The notes under the pieces are model-generated. The model was given only the letters and a program-made list of their open reading frames with translations, ran no database searches and had not been told where the DNA came from. Positions 52,664-64,000 of a stretch of 64,000 nt of DNA are shown piece after piece. The DNA comes from Eledone cirrhosa (Eukaryota): contig OZ024740.1 in assembly GCA_964016885.1 (NCBI GenBank), forward strand, positions 119,350,001 through 119,414,000, in the 5' to 3' direction. Position numbers and translations under genes: made by a program. Position 1 is the first letter of the stretch, and each line of letters begins with the position of its first letter.

Positions 52664-54372
52664 GCAGTGGGAATAAGAAGAAAGCAAGAACGCGGGCAGG
52701 GGAGTTTTTTTTATTAGTTGTCTACTAGGGGTCTTCTTGAAACAAAGTTCCCTTTTTCTTTTCTTTGGGATCGCTCTTACTAGGAAGCTAGTAGAGTTGT
52801 TGTTGTTGTTGTTGTTGTTAAAGCAAAGTCACAGTGAATCTTCTGTAGAATCGAAGTCGAGCATTGAAGAGCCGAGAGTCACCAATATGCCAGTCAAGTC
52901 TGACGCCATAGTGGTGAGAAGACTGATATCTTAATTTTCAAGTCCCTTTGGTAACGAGACAGAAGGTATGGTAGTTGCGTCGGTAAAGTTACAAGGCTGC
53001 CACATCGCTATTCCCTGTTGTTGGTTAGTAGTTAACCATGTGTTGTCGCTGCTGCTGATGTATTTGGTAGTGGTGATAGCCATGTGTTGCTGCTGATGGC
53101 TGACAGTAGAGAAGTACTTGGTGGTAGCCATTTTGAAATTTCCTCGTGGCGAAAATGTTTTAAAATACTGCTACTTTTTTTTTATTTTAAAAGGAATATT
53201 TTGTATTTACAATATTCCTCACGTCAGGTCACCAATTTAGTAGATGATAAGGGTGTTTTAATGTAGTAACAAAGTTGTTAGAGGGAATAATGTAATTGTT
53301 ATAACGCCACCAGTAATCTGTTTGATAGAAAGATGTGTTAGTCATATCGACAAACGAGTAACTTGATAACAACGTCAACAAGAAGAATGTTCGTGAGATG
53401 AAAAGTATGTTTATTTGTTGTGGCACAAAGTAATTTTTGTTAAATTCTATGATTGTAGTTAAACCTAAAAAAGGTTACAAAAGGAATGTGCCAGGCCCGA
53501 GGCAGGCCAAAGTGAAAAATCTCACCGTTACATGTTGTACGTGTTGTTCCTTCGAAGTTCAGGATGTGAGAGGCTGATTCTTCAAATCCTCGCGGGGAAT
53601 TTCTCCCTCAGGGCGCGTAGGGATAGATTCTCTTCTACTGGCGCTGATTGGCTGAACTGAGCCAAATCACACACAGAGAATGTATGTGAGCCCGCGGAAT
53701 GTAGGTCACTACAGTGATATGTGGTTATTAGAATGATAATAACAAGAATAAAGATTTAGTTTATATATGGTTTACTTCATTTGAATCGAAAAGAGATATA
53801 AACATGAGTCAAAAAGAACAATAATCAATTACCACGAGTTGAGAAGGTTGACAATGTTATTTTGTTGTTGACATGTAAACAGCGAACGACGAGATAAAGT
53901 TTGTGGTTAAAGTTTGTTGCAGTCGTCATAGTAGTTTTCGTCGTAAGTCTGAGACCATAGTGAGTGAGAGATAATAATGGTCAGTAATTGATTGTAGACC
54001 ATTGTGGCTTGTAGATAGCGGAATATCTTTCACAAAGCGGGCCTGTAGTAGTAGGGCTCTGATCTCTCTGTATCTCTGTAGACCTCTAGGGTCTGTTGAT
54101 AAGGGTGAATCTTTACATAGTTTGCTGTGTATCGTAGAGCTTCAATCTGTATTATCAATGTGGGAAAATATAGGCTTTATATACCTGCCGCTTTCTGCCT
54201 CCCACCTTTAGGGGATAGCACACGCATCAACCTGTTCACACCAAAAGGGTGATGACCTAGAATTTGACCTTTAGGTGTCACCCAAGGTTCAAGGCGCGGA
54301 CAGACTTCGCTACATATACATATATATAATATAAAACGAAAAATCAGTGATGCATCTGGACTCAGTTTATTG

Positions 54373-54462
54373 TGTGTTACAATTGTTTCGCCGGCACATA
54401 GCTCGAGCCAGGATCATTGTATGGATCTGTTTGATTCTAGATCTGCAGATTCTTCGGACACA
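54373..54462 (-). ncRNA. Hammerhead-like motif (U4C) with a long stem II insert in a probable PLE pLTR (~54320-54660)
   Basis: tgtgt CCGAAGA ...N~62... GAAA caattg TA acaca, with palindromic stem III. Confidence 0.6.
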
Positions 54463-54659
54463 TCCAATACTTTCGGAACAAACTTTCTCATTGGGGTGTT
54501 AACTTAAAAAAACATCTTCCTCCTCTGTCTTGATATTGGCTGTTGTTTTTCTACGTCATCATAAATTCTGGTTAATATTTGATGCCAAACTGGCCATCAG
54601 CTACTCTCCGTCCGATACACTTCAATGGACTCATGCTGGGTTTGGTATTTCACAAGTCC

Positions 54660-55099
54660 GCTCACACACACATATATACCCACACATACACACACACATA
54701 TATACACATACACACACACGCGCACACGTACATATATACGCATACACATATGTACGAATATACACCCGCATACATATACATACACACTCTCTCTCACACA
54801 CACACCCACACACGTCCACGACCATATACATACCAACATACACGTCCACAGGCGCCTGCCTATATGGTCTCCTACATCCGCTCTCACACGCACGCACACG
54901 CGCACACACACCCACACTCACGTACACGCATACAAGGACACATATCTGCGTACGCATACATTTGCTCATATACACAAACACGTACAGACATATACATAGA
55001 CACGCACATATACACGCCTATCCTTATAGAGAGGCACACAGACAGACACGCTTCCGAAGACACATACACACACATATACATACATATATATAATATATA

Positions 55100-55163
<64 letters not shown>

Positions 55164-55353
55164 CATATATGTGTATGCACACGCACAGAACATACTCACA
55201 AACAATCCCTACCATATGTAGGTGCACCTATACACACATACACATACCCCCCCCCACACACACACACACACGCACTGGCTCATATACATTTTAACAAATA
55301 CGCGCCCATTTACCTCCGTGTCCACGTAAATCCACAGAGACACATACACACAT

Positions 55354-55391
<38 letters not shown>

Positions 55392-55397
55392 ACACAG

Positions 55398-55474
<77 letters not shown>

Positions 55475-55491
55475 TACATACACACATATAT

Positions 55492-55526
<35 letters not shown>

Positions 55527-55546
55527 CATCTACATGCATGCACACA

Positions 55547-55584
<38 letters not shown>

Positions 55585-55657
55585 CACTTACACATATACA
55601 CACATACGAAAACAATAAAATAAATATACAATACATCCATACACACTCACATAACAT

Positions 55658-55700
<43 letters not shown>

Positions 55701-55733
55701 CACACACACACACACATATATACACATATATAT

Positions 55734-55786
<53 letters not shown>

Positions 55787-55890
55787 TATGTACATACATA
55801 CACACAAACATACATGTATATATCTACATACACACCCACACATGTACATATACATACGCACACGTCTACGCATACACATACATATAAAAA
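54660..55890. repeat. Degenerate (CA)n/(TA)n low-complexity tract
   Basis: Direct composition. Confidence 0.9.
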
Positions 55891-58550
55891 CAGTAAAATA
55901 AATTTACGATATATTAAAATACATTAAAATATGCATATAACGTCACATAGAGATATATAAAATAAGAGGGGAAGTTACATGTATTCGTGTGATATACCAC
56001 ACATGTAGAGTATGATATGCACACTTAGGTCTGTGTACGGAACAAACAATAAGTGTTCCAAAGTGGAACACGTGGAGAGTATGGATTCACGATTGAAGAG
56101 GTACACATTCAGGGGGGCGCGTAGCCCGGTCACATTGGGGTATGTCACTGTGGATGAGGTCTGTTGTCCTATAGGTTCGGGTACTTGACTGAACGACCGT
56201 GGAATCCGGTCAGCCTGCCCCTACGCAGGCGATGCTCCTGCCTAAGGTGACGTGCGTAGTCAGGTGTGCATCTTGGGTTATTTTGGTTTACCCCACGGAG
56301 CATATAATGTCATCAGAGTATGGTGTCAGGTCCCTTAAACTCGTTTCGTCGCTCAGGTTACCCTCATCTATTACTTTCAGTGAGCGACTCTTTTAATAAT
56401 TATTTACATTGGGACGCCTACAATTCCAAACGTATCAATGTTGCTTCAGGAAACTAGATATTCACGTAGTTACGACCTTAACAGTCTCTACAAATGGCAG
56501 TTTGTGGCCAGGGATATTTTAATGTAATGGTTAGAGCAATCGACTGGCATCCAAGCGATGCGGGGTTCAGTTCCTTGCAGGTACTTCAGTCCTCTTTTTT
56601 CTGTATTCACGCGTATTTACTTGATTTTCTTAGTTATTGTGATAGACTATTACTATAGTAATTCATACAGAGACGACGACGTTTCACCATCTCACCAAAT
56701 AGAGTATGAGAGAGAGAGAGAGGCACGCGCAGGAGACATACATATAGTTTAAGCAAACTTTTAAAATCTATTCCTTCCAGTGTTATATTTTTCTATAATG
56801 CTTCTATTAATTGATTAATAAAGTAGTGTCAACTTTTGCCCTTGTATGTAAATTCTGGCTGAAGACAGCTATATCAGAACATGTGTATACTATAAATGGC
56901 TCTGAGCTGCTATTTCCCTTTTTGGTCAGAAACACCCTGGATTAAATACCAGGCCTTTTGATTGGGCCGGTCACCGATTAGTCTTCTAGTGTCGTCGGAC
57001 CCCACCTGCCCTTTTCCTTCGCTAAATCGGGAGAAAGTCATCACACTTAAGGAAAGTGCTCTATCTGGTTGAATAGCTGAAGCAGTATATTTGGTTGTTC
57101 ATTATATTATTGTTTTCGCCATCTTGTCCCTGCGGTACAATCAAGATATACTACCCAGCTAATAGGCTAAAGTTTGAGGCCCTCCCATTCCCTTCGTTAT
57201 TTTCCTATTTTCGCATTCTTTTTATCACTTTTAAAAAATAAATGGTCTAATTCTTAATTCAAAACGTCCGCTGAAGAAACCATGAAATATATTAGGTCAA
57301 CTTCTCCTTTTTGAACACACACGGGCACATTTGGTTTAATAACAGCGTCTACTTTTCGCAGCGAGGCTAAAACTATATTTCCTCAAAAAAGTCGTAATCT
57401 GCACCCCCGTAAATCTATCTTACATCTTTATTATATTTCTATATACTACCAATTACTACATTTATCTATTTATTTATCTATTTTCTTTGTGCTTCAGACA
57501 ATTTATTTGCCAAATATTCTTATAAAAATTACATTCAAGTCTGTTATGAAGAATTCAATTTCCTTTTGTTTATGTAAATTTTATGTTAAAGCGTTTTATC
57601 AGTTTTCTAACAAACATTTCCTGAAAGTAAATTCCACTGACAACACATAAAAGAAACATGACATAAAATATCAATCTTTTTTCCATCCTCCAGTACTTCA
57701 CCAAAGAAGATCTAGTCTATAGATGGTAACCTTATTTGCTCGTCTATTTTTCTTCTTCTGACCTTAATTTTAATGTCTGCTATCAGATTCTAATATCTAT
57801 ATCAGACAGCTGCTTAAAGTGATAGGAAATTCATATTTTGCTTCACAATTCATAGATTAAGCTTTCCAGAGATTATTGCTATTGACGGGAAACTGAAAAT
57901 GAAGGGGGTTGTTGTGGTAGATTTTAATTTGATATCAAATAATTATATACCTTTCCTTTGGGAAAAATATTGCTGTCAAAAGTACGGAAATGAGCTGAAA
58001 TATTGTATGTGAAAACACAAGAGATTTTATGTAACATTATAATCCACATCATTAATATAATTATCGTCATACAAACAATAGGAGAAGGATAGAGTTACAA
58101 ATATAGAGTTAAATAAAACTGAACTACATCTTGAAGCAAATTCATAAATTGTCAATAATTCTATATAGCATTTGTAGAATATTTGAAAGGGTTAATTTAC
58201 AAGAAAACTATTCTAAACAGTTTAAAATCTAAATAAAAATAATTCACTAAAAAAAAATTATCTCTGCACGGTGGTCTATAGCAGAGGAGTTCAAACAGGC
58301 GGGCCGCAAATTACTCATCTATGGCCCATGACAGGTCAATTTTAGTGGCTAATATTTTCCTAAAAACTTGGTGATATGTCCCACCCATATCATCGCAGCG
58401 ACATCAGTATTAAGCTTGACCTACCAAAATAGTAGTTTTTACTTTAGGCATAAGACCAAATAATTTTGGGTGGGGTGAAAAATCTATTAAATCGAACCCA
58501 GTGCATTAGTTGTGCTTTATTTTATTGCACACACACACACACACACGCAC

Positions 58551-58586
<36 letters not shown>

Positions 58587-58631
58587 ATAATAATTACTAT
58601 ATATATATATATATATAGTAATAATAATTAC

Positions 58632-58685
<54 letters not shown>

Positions 58686-58727
58686 GAAAAATTTGAACAG
58701 GGGCAGAACAGAGAGGCAGTACAATAA

Positions 58728-58839
<112 letters not shown>

Positions 58840-58840
58840 T

Positions 58841-59028
58841 AAGTTATTCCGGGTTGAATCGGAGGGAGGTAACCACGGTAAGTAAGTTACTCAATACATA
58901 GCAGAGTATAAATGTTTTAATATAGAAGAGCTTCTACAGGACTAGGACTGTTTCATTCGTGAGAAATCATCAGGTTGCTTTCTCACGAATGAAACAGTTC
59001 TAGTCCTGTAGAAGCTCTTCTATATTAA

Positions 59029-59033
<5 letters not shown>
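58841..59033 (-). mobile_element. PLE fold-back (58912-59033) plus 71 nt tail in (TA)n, with a hammerhead core at the fold
   Basis: 55 bp arms and a 12 nt loop; minus strand CTGATGA tttctcacgaat GAAA cagtcctagtcctg TA. Confidence 0.82.
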
Positions 59034-59079
<46 letters not shown>

Positions 59080-59083
<4 letters not shown>

Positions 59084-59860
59084 ATAATAATAAATTTCAG
59101 ACTAAAATCCAAAGAGGGCTCGATAAGGATAAATATATATCAAATATATAAGAACCGAAGAGCAAATATTTATTAAAATAACAGATTAAAGTTTAAGCAA
59201 AGAATTGCTGCTTTCACTCTTAACGGGATCTTCTGAAACCAAAAATATCAACCTGTGAACGCAGAAGTATATATTTCGAAAAACGTTGCAAGCAAGCGAA
59301 GGAAGACAGGAAGACGATACTTTGGTTCGTGGGGACGTTCCCTGGCATTGAACGAAAAAAAACGAATATAATACGTCATTATTTGTAGCGTTGAGAACAA
59401 TTACACGCAAAGCCAAAACCACGTTTATGGTATAAATGAAATCGTGGACTAATATTCTATTTAGGTGGTTCGTGGAGACGGTCTCTGGCAATGAACGGGA
59501 AAAAACGAAGACGATACGTCATTATGTGGTGCGATACACGCAAAGACAAAACCACGTTTATCGTATAAATGAAGTCGTAGACTAAAATTCTAACTAGGAA
59601 ACCAAACAATTTTCGGTTTCAGAGTTAAGAATAATGTAAATAAATTACAGAGGCTATTGAAATCAACAATAATTAAATATCCAGAATGCACGCATCCAAA
59701 ATCGTACATACACATGCATACGCGAAAACACCCACCATGGGTATGCATATACAAGCACGTACACAAAAACACGCGCACATACAAAAACCCGCGAACACCT
59801 GTACCCGCACACAAACGAACGTATACACCAAATGCACATAATATATACACCAAATATATA

Positions 59861-59897
<37 letters not shown>

Positions 59898-62750
59898 GTG
59901 GGGGGGGGGGCGTGCGTGTATACATATAATTATAAAAACGTATATAAATATAAACACATAAATATGTATATAACGCGCACATGCACCTACCTACAGGTAA
60001 ATACACATATGTTCGCTAAACTTACGTCAACCAAAACACAAAGTACGCATATACACACACCCTACATACGTGCAAACCCGCATACACACACAGACGCAAA
60101 ATACACGTATACACAATAACCATATATACCAATATATATAATAACCACATGTACCACTATATATAATATAATATATACACCTATAACAAATACAAGCAAA
60201 TATACTTACGAGAAAGTATACGTACCTTCACAAAACATAGAGGTAATATATACTGACCAATACAAATAAGTAATGGAATAAACATAAAATATACTTAGCT
60301 ATCACATCAAGACGTAAATTATCCGCGTATTGTTCGTACTATCCCTTAGGGTATAATGTGGGGCTGTAATACAGGAATGTTTTATGCAATTTATATTTAC
60401 AAGCCGAAATTGCCTCAGATGTTTTGTTTAAGATGTGGTCTTTGGCGTAGAGTATTTCCAGGGCTTCCACGGCGTAGAGGTCACATGGTCTTTTATTACC
60501 GTTATACGATCTAACCGTAGCTAGGATCTCCTAGTGTAACCTATATTGGGTGTCGTTGTCTTTTAGACTCCAGATATAAGCTGAAAGTGACGTCATATTC
60601 CTTCTAAGAGGGTTAAAAAAAGAATGGGTATGCATGTAAAGACACTGCTTGAATCTATTGGTGGTTAACCCTATGTAAGCTCTACGGAACGTGGGTGTTT
60701 CAACCTTACATTTGTAGACAATGTTACTGGAGAGGCATTTCCCGGATAGAGGACAGTCAACCCGATTCCTACAATTACAGTTAGTACTAGCTACAGGGTT
60801 GCACGTGTTCCTACGGCTAGGTAATTGAGCTAAATTTGATACAGTGATGTTATGTGCAAGGTTAGGAGTCGTAGAGTTAGAAATGTTAATTGTTTTTGTA
60901 TTAAAAATGTTATTATATTTATGTGCTGGTGGGAAATGCTTCTTAATAAGGGAGAGAAAGATATTAGTTAATGGTGTGGCCAACTTCATATTATATGGTG
61001 GGTTATACCATATAATGCGTCGGGATCTATTTTTCCTAGGTCTATGCTCATACTCGGTATATGCTACCTTATCGACAAATCCACTCCGAGCAAGAGCTTC
61101 ATTGTAATATGTGGAATGGTCGGTGAAAATATGCTCGTTTGTAGATAGACGGGAAAGCCTCAAAGAGAGGTTTCTTACCAGGTTCTTGGTTATGCTGGCA
61201 GGATGATTAGAATGCTTACTTATGTAATTAAGCGTATCATTCGGCTTTCTATACGGGTAGCGCAAGCCATTCGACAAATTGAGGGTAACTTCGAGGTAAT
61301 TAACGACCAAGAGGTTGGCCTCAACCTGTATGGAGAGGTTGAACCTTTAAAGAAGGCTGTGTGTTCTTTTCTGAACCTGTCGCAAGCGCGTGGGCCGCAC
61401 TTTGTCATGGTCAATAGACCGTCATCACGGTACAAACCACCGCCCACGTTGGGGAATTCTTCCTTGAATGAGAAAAGAAGGAAAAGGCCGATAAGATCAG
61501 TAACCTCCGCAGCATCGGTGGCGCCCATACTCACGTTGAATGGGGTACTATTAGATTTTTTAACCCAAATAGAGTCGTCGAAATAAATCACCGACTTACA
61601 GGCATTGAGGATGACATCAACTTCGAAATCCTTAACCACCATGGGCGTTTTAGCGAAATTGATAGCTCTGACAAGAAGTGGTCAAGGGATGGAGGAGTAG
61701 TAATTATTGATGTCGAATTGGATAAAACGGCAATGTTCCTTGTTGCATATGCCGTTCAACCAATCAATCACCGCGAAAGAATTGTTCCACAGTGCAAGAG
61801 GGGCCAAGCTTCTAATTTCAGGTATAATTCTATCTAAAATCCTTTTACTAATTCTACCTAAATCGGAGTTCGTAGGCTTAATAAGCCGAATAGAGGGGTT
61901 TTGGGGGAAATTGGATTTGTGATCCTTCAGGTTAAAGTGAGGAGAAATAGGGTCCAAAGGTTCAGTCAGGTCCAGGTTGAGATCAGAGGTGATTTTAAAC
62001 CCAGCATCGTTGATGTCATTAATGACACTCCGATTAGTTTTACGGTAATGCATAGTTATATCATTATGTAGCAGTTGATGGGAAGTACTGCGTTCCACTT
62101 GATATAGATTGTCAGTTTTGTCGGGGTGGACGTGCACGGCACTAGAATCCTTAATAGAACGAATTCTATTCTTCAGGTCCTGCTGGAAGGAATTGCACCT
62201 ATTTTGAAATTTGATACTCCGTATGAGTTCCAAGACATCATTTTCGAAGGTTAGAAATGCTGGGTTACTCGGAGGGTTAATGTACATTTTAAACCCAAAT
62301 TTATCCTGTTTTGTTGTCCGCTTTTTCCTGATTATCGAAATAAAAGGCATGCCAACGCAACCTTTTAATGAACTTGTCTGTTTTCTGTATCAGGAGTTTT
62401 AGGTATGTCTTCCTGTTTGGTACGAGTATGTTCTTAGTAGAAATATTCAGATGTTGTTTCTGCATGATGAATATATGTCAATAGAGTGCTCAACCGAGGG
62501 AGCCAAATAGTAATAATAATAAATTTGAAGACAAAAATCCAAAGAAGGCTCGATAAGGATGAATAAATATCAAATATATAAGAACCGTGGAGCAAATATT
62601 TATTAAAATAACAGATTAAAGTTTAAGCAAAGAATCGCTGCTTTCACCCTTAACGGGATCTTCTGAAACTAAAAACAATCAATCTGGGAACGTAGAAGTA
62701 AATATTTTGAAAAACGGTGCAACCGAAGGAAGACAGGAAGAAGATATTTT
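59080..62750 (-). mobile_element. Full-length Naiad-type PLE with direct pLTRs (59080-59320 and 62509-62750)
   Basis: ~240 bp direct repeats flank the coding region; 3' end abuts (TA)n; internal tandem at 59322-59459 and 59466-59592. Confidence 0.9.
60339..62465 (-). pseudogene. PLE RT + GIY-YIG ORF, complete from the ATG but broken by frameshifts and a stop
   Basis: MQKQHLNISTKNI..FIKRLRWHAF, DKTDNLY, NLKDHK, QFDINNYYSSI, SMGATD, YRDDGL, SNHP, CNCRNRVDCPL, VYKC..YIGLT. Confidence 0.9.
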
Positions 62751-63089
62751 AAAGATATACGACATGTTTAATAAATAAACATTTTGAAAACACATTTATG
62801 AATATTGAAAAGCTGGCAGCTATATTGAGTTCCAGCAGAGAGCAGTGTAATGTAGCACTCTCTTTATAACGACCAGAATCAGAAACGATGTTTGTAGTCG
62901 ATAGTTACCCCTCATTTGCTTCTGCTGGAATCCGCTACATGGCGCTACGTCATCAGTTTCCAAATTCATAGCTGAAGGCTCTCAAATCGTTTATTCATAA
63001 ACATACGGTATAGCGCTAGATATACAAAATACTAATACTTATATGTATTATACAGCAATGTTCGAGCGAACACCTTAATTATATATATA

Positions 63090-63256
63090 TATAATATAAG
63101 ATCAAAAGATGGTTAAATGAGTTCCATGTATTTTATTATGCGCATTTCAAAAACAAATATCATCATGCAATAATATTTGTGTTTTCATCAGATAAAATAG
63201 GAGAACATGATATGAAGGTTAAAAATACTTGTGGATAGTGCAGTTTTAAATCAACA
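63090..63256 (-). mobile_element. Solo 3' pLTR of the 20.5 kb Naiad family in (TA)n
   Basis: Homologous to 20508-20690. Confidence 0.88.
63129..63199 (-). ncRNA. Type I hammerhead ribozyme, intact core, long stem II, palindromic stem III
   Basis: tattttat CTGATGA aaacacaaatattatt..atgatatttgttttt GAAA tgcgca TA ataaaata. Confidence 0.88.
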
Positions 63257-63261
63257 CCTCC

Positions 63262-63305
<44 letters not shown>

Positions 63306-63308
<3 letters not shown>

Positions 63309-63761
63309 GATATTAAATAAATGGAAACTATATTTATAAAACCATATTTATTTCATTATATATATTTCAGGGATATCATATTAACAATATGCTATGCCTT
63401 CCTCAGACAAAATATAATATAGACAGTTTTATAGATAAATAGATTTGACATACCGTTCAACATCGACTTGTATTTGAAAAGTTGATTTGGCAGATCAACT
63501 TTTCAAATACAAGTCGATGTTGAACGGTATGTCAAATCTATTTATCTATAAAACTGTCTATATTGTATTTTGTCTGAGGAAGGCATAGCATATTGTTAAT
63601 ATGATATCCCTGAAATATATATAATGAAATAAATATGGTTTTATAAATATAGTTTCCATTTATTTAATATCGTAAATATACTCCAAATACTTGTCGAGTG
63701 CTTTTATATCAGTTATAAATATTTACTAGTTGTAACCCAACAATTTAAATATAACTTTCCA
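63306..63761 (+). mobile_element. PLE fold-back: near-perfect 369 bp palindrome (63306-63674) plus ~87 nt tail in (TA)n; intact hammerhead in each arm (63566-63631 + and its mirror)
   Basis: Centre gttgat-ttggcag-atcaac; tattttgt CTGAGGA agg..cct GAAA tatata TA atgaaata. Confidence 0.9.
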
Positions 63762-64000
63762 TATATATATATATATATATATATACACATGTAAGTGTGC
63801 AGTGGATGCTGTTGCCGTACAGTGAAATGTTAGTTTTGAAGAACGTGCTAAATGCATAATATAAATTTTTAACTCATTTGCTGGGTATTTACCGAAATAC
63901 GTTAGGCAAGAATCTGTTGTAACACATTTAGTTGTAGACACACACGCGCACACACATATATGTGCGTATAAATACACACACACACACATATATATATGTG

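Noticed and set aside
54530-55901. Long ORFs (up to 440 aa) rich in YI, HT and CV, and similar ORFs elsewhere
   Set aside because: Translation artefacts of (TA)n, (CA)n and (CT)n repeats

Overview
AT-rich eukaryotic DNA, dense in microsatellites and almost entirely transposon-derived. The repeat content is consistent with a cephalopod (Octopus-like) genome, which is an inference. No host protein-coding gene could be supported. Contents: (1) many Penelope-like elements (PLEs; RT + GIY-YIG), including a Neptune-type copy (7.7-9.8 kb), a stop-free 5'-truncated Naiad-type copy (20.5-23.5 kb) and a full-length but frameshifted Naiad-type copy with direct pLTRs (59.1-62.75 kb); (2) a near-intact Tx1/L1 ORF2; (3) RTE, R4/Dong-like and CRE-like LINE fragments, a decayed hAT(m)-like transposon and SINEs. 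The most striking signal is a set of about 12 fold-back (palindromic) PLE insertions from several unrelated families, most of them in or next to (TA)n. Many carry minimal type I hammerhead ribozymes. Within a family the inverted arm ends at a fixed position, leaving a 45-95 nt unpaired tail. In three families that tail starts with a shared ACTC-N11-16-GAGT hairpin 5-8 nt from the boundary. Coordinates were counted by eye and may be off by a few bases.
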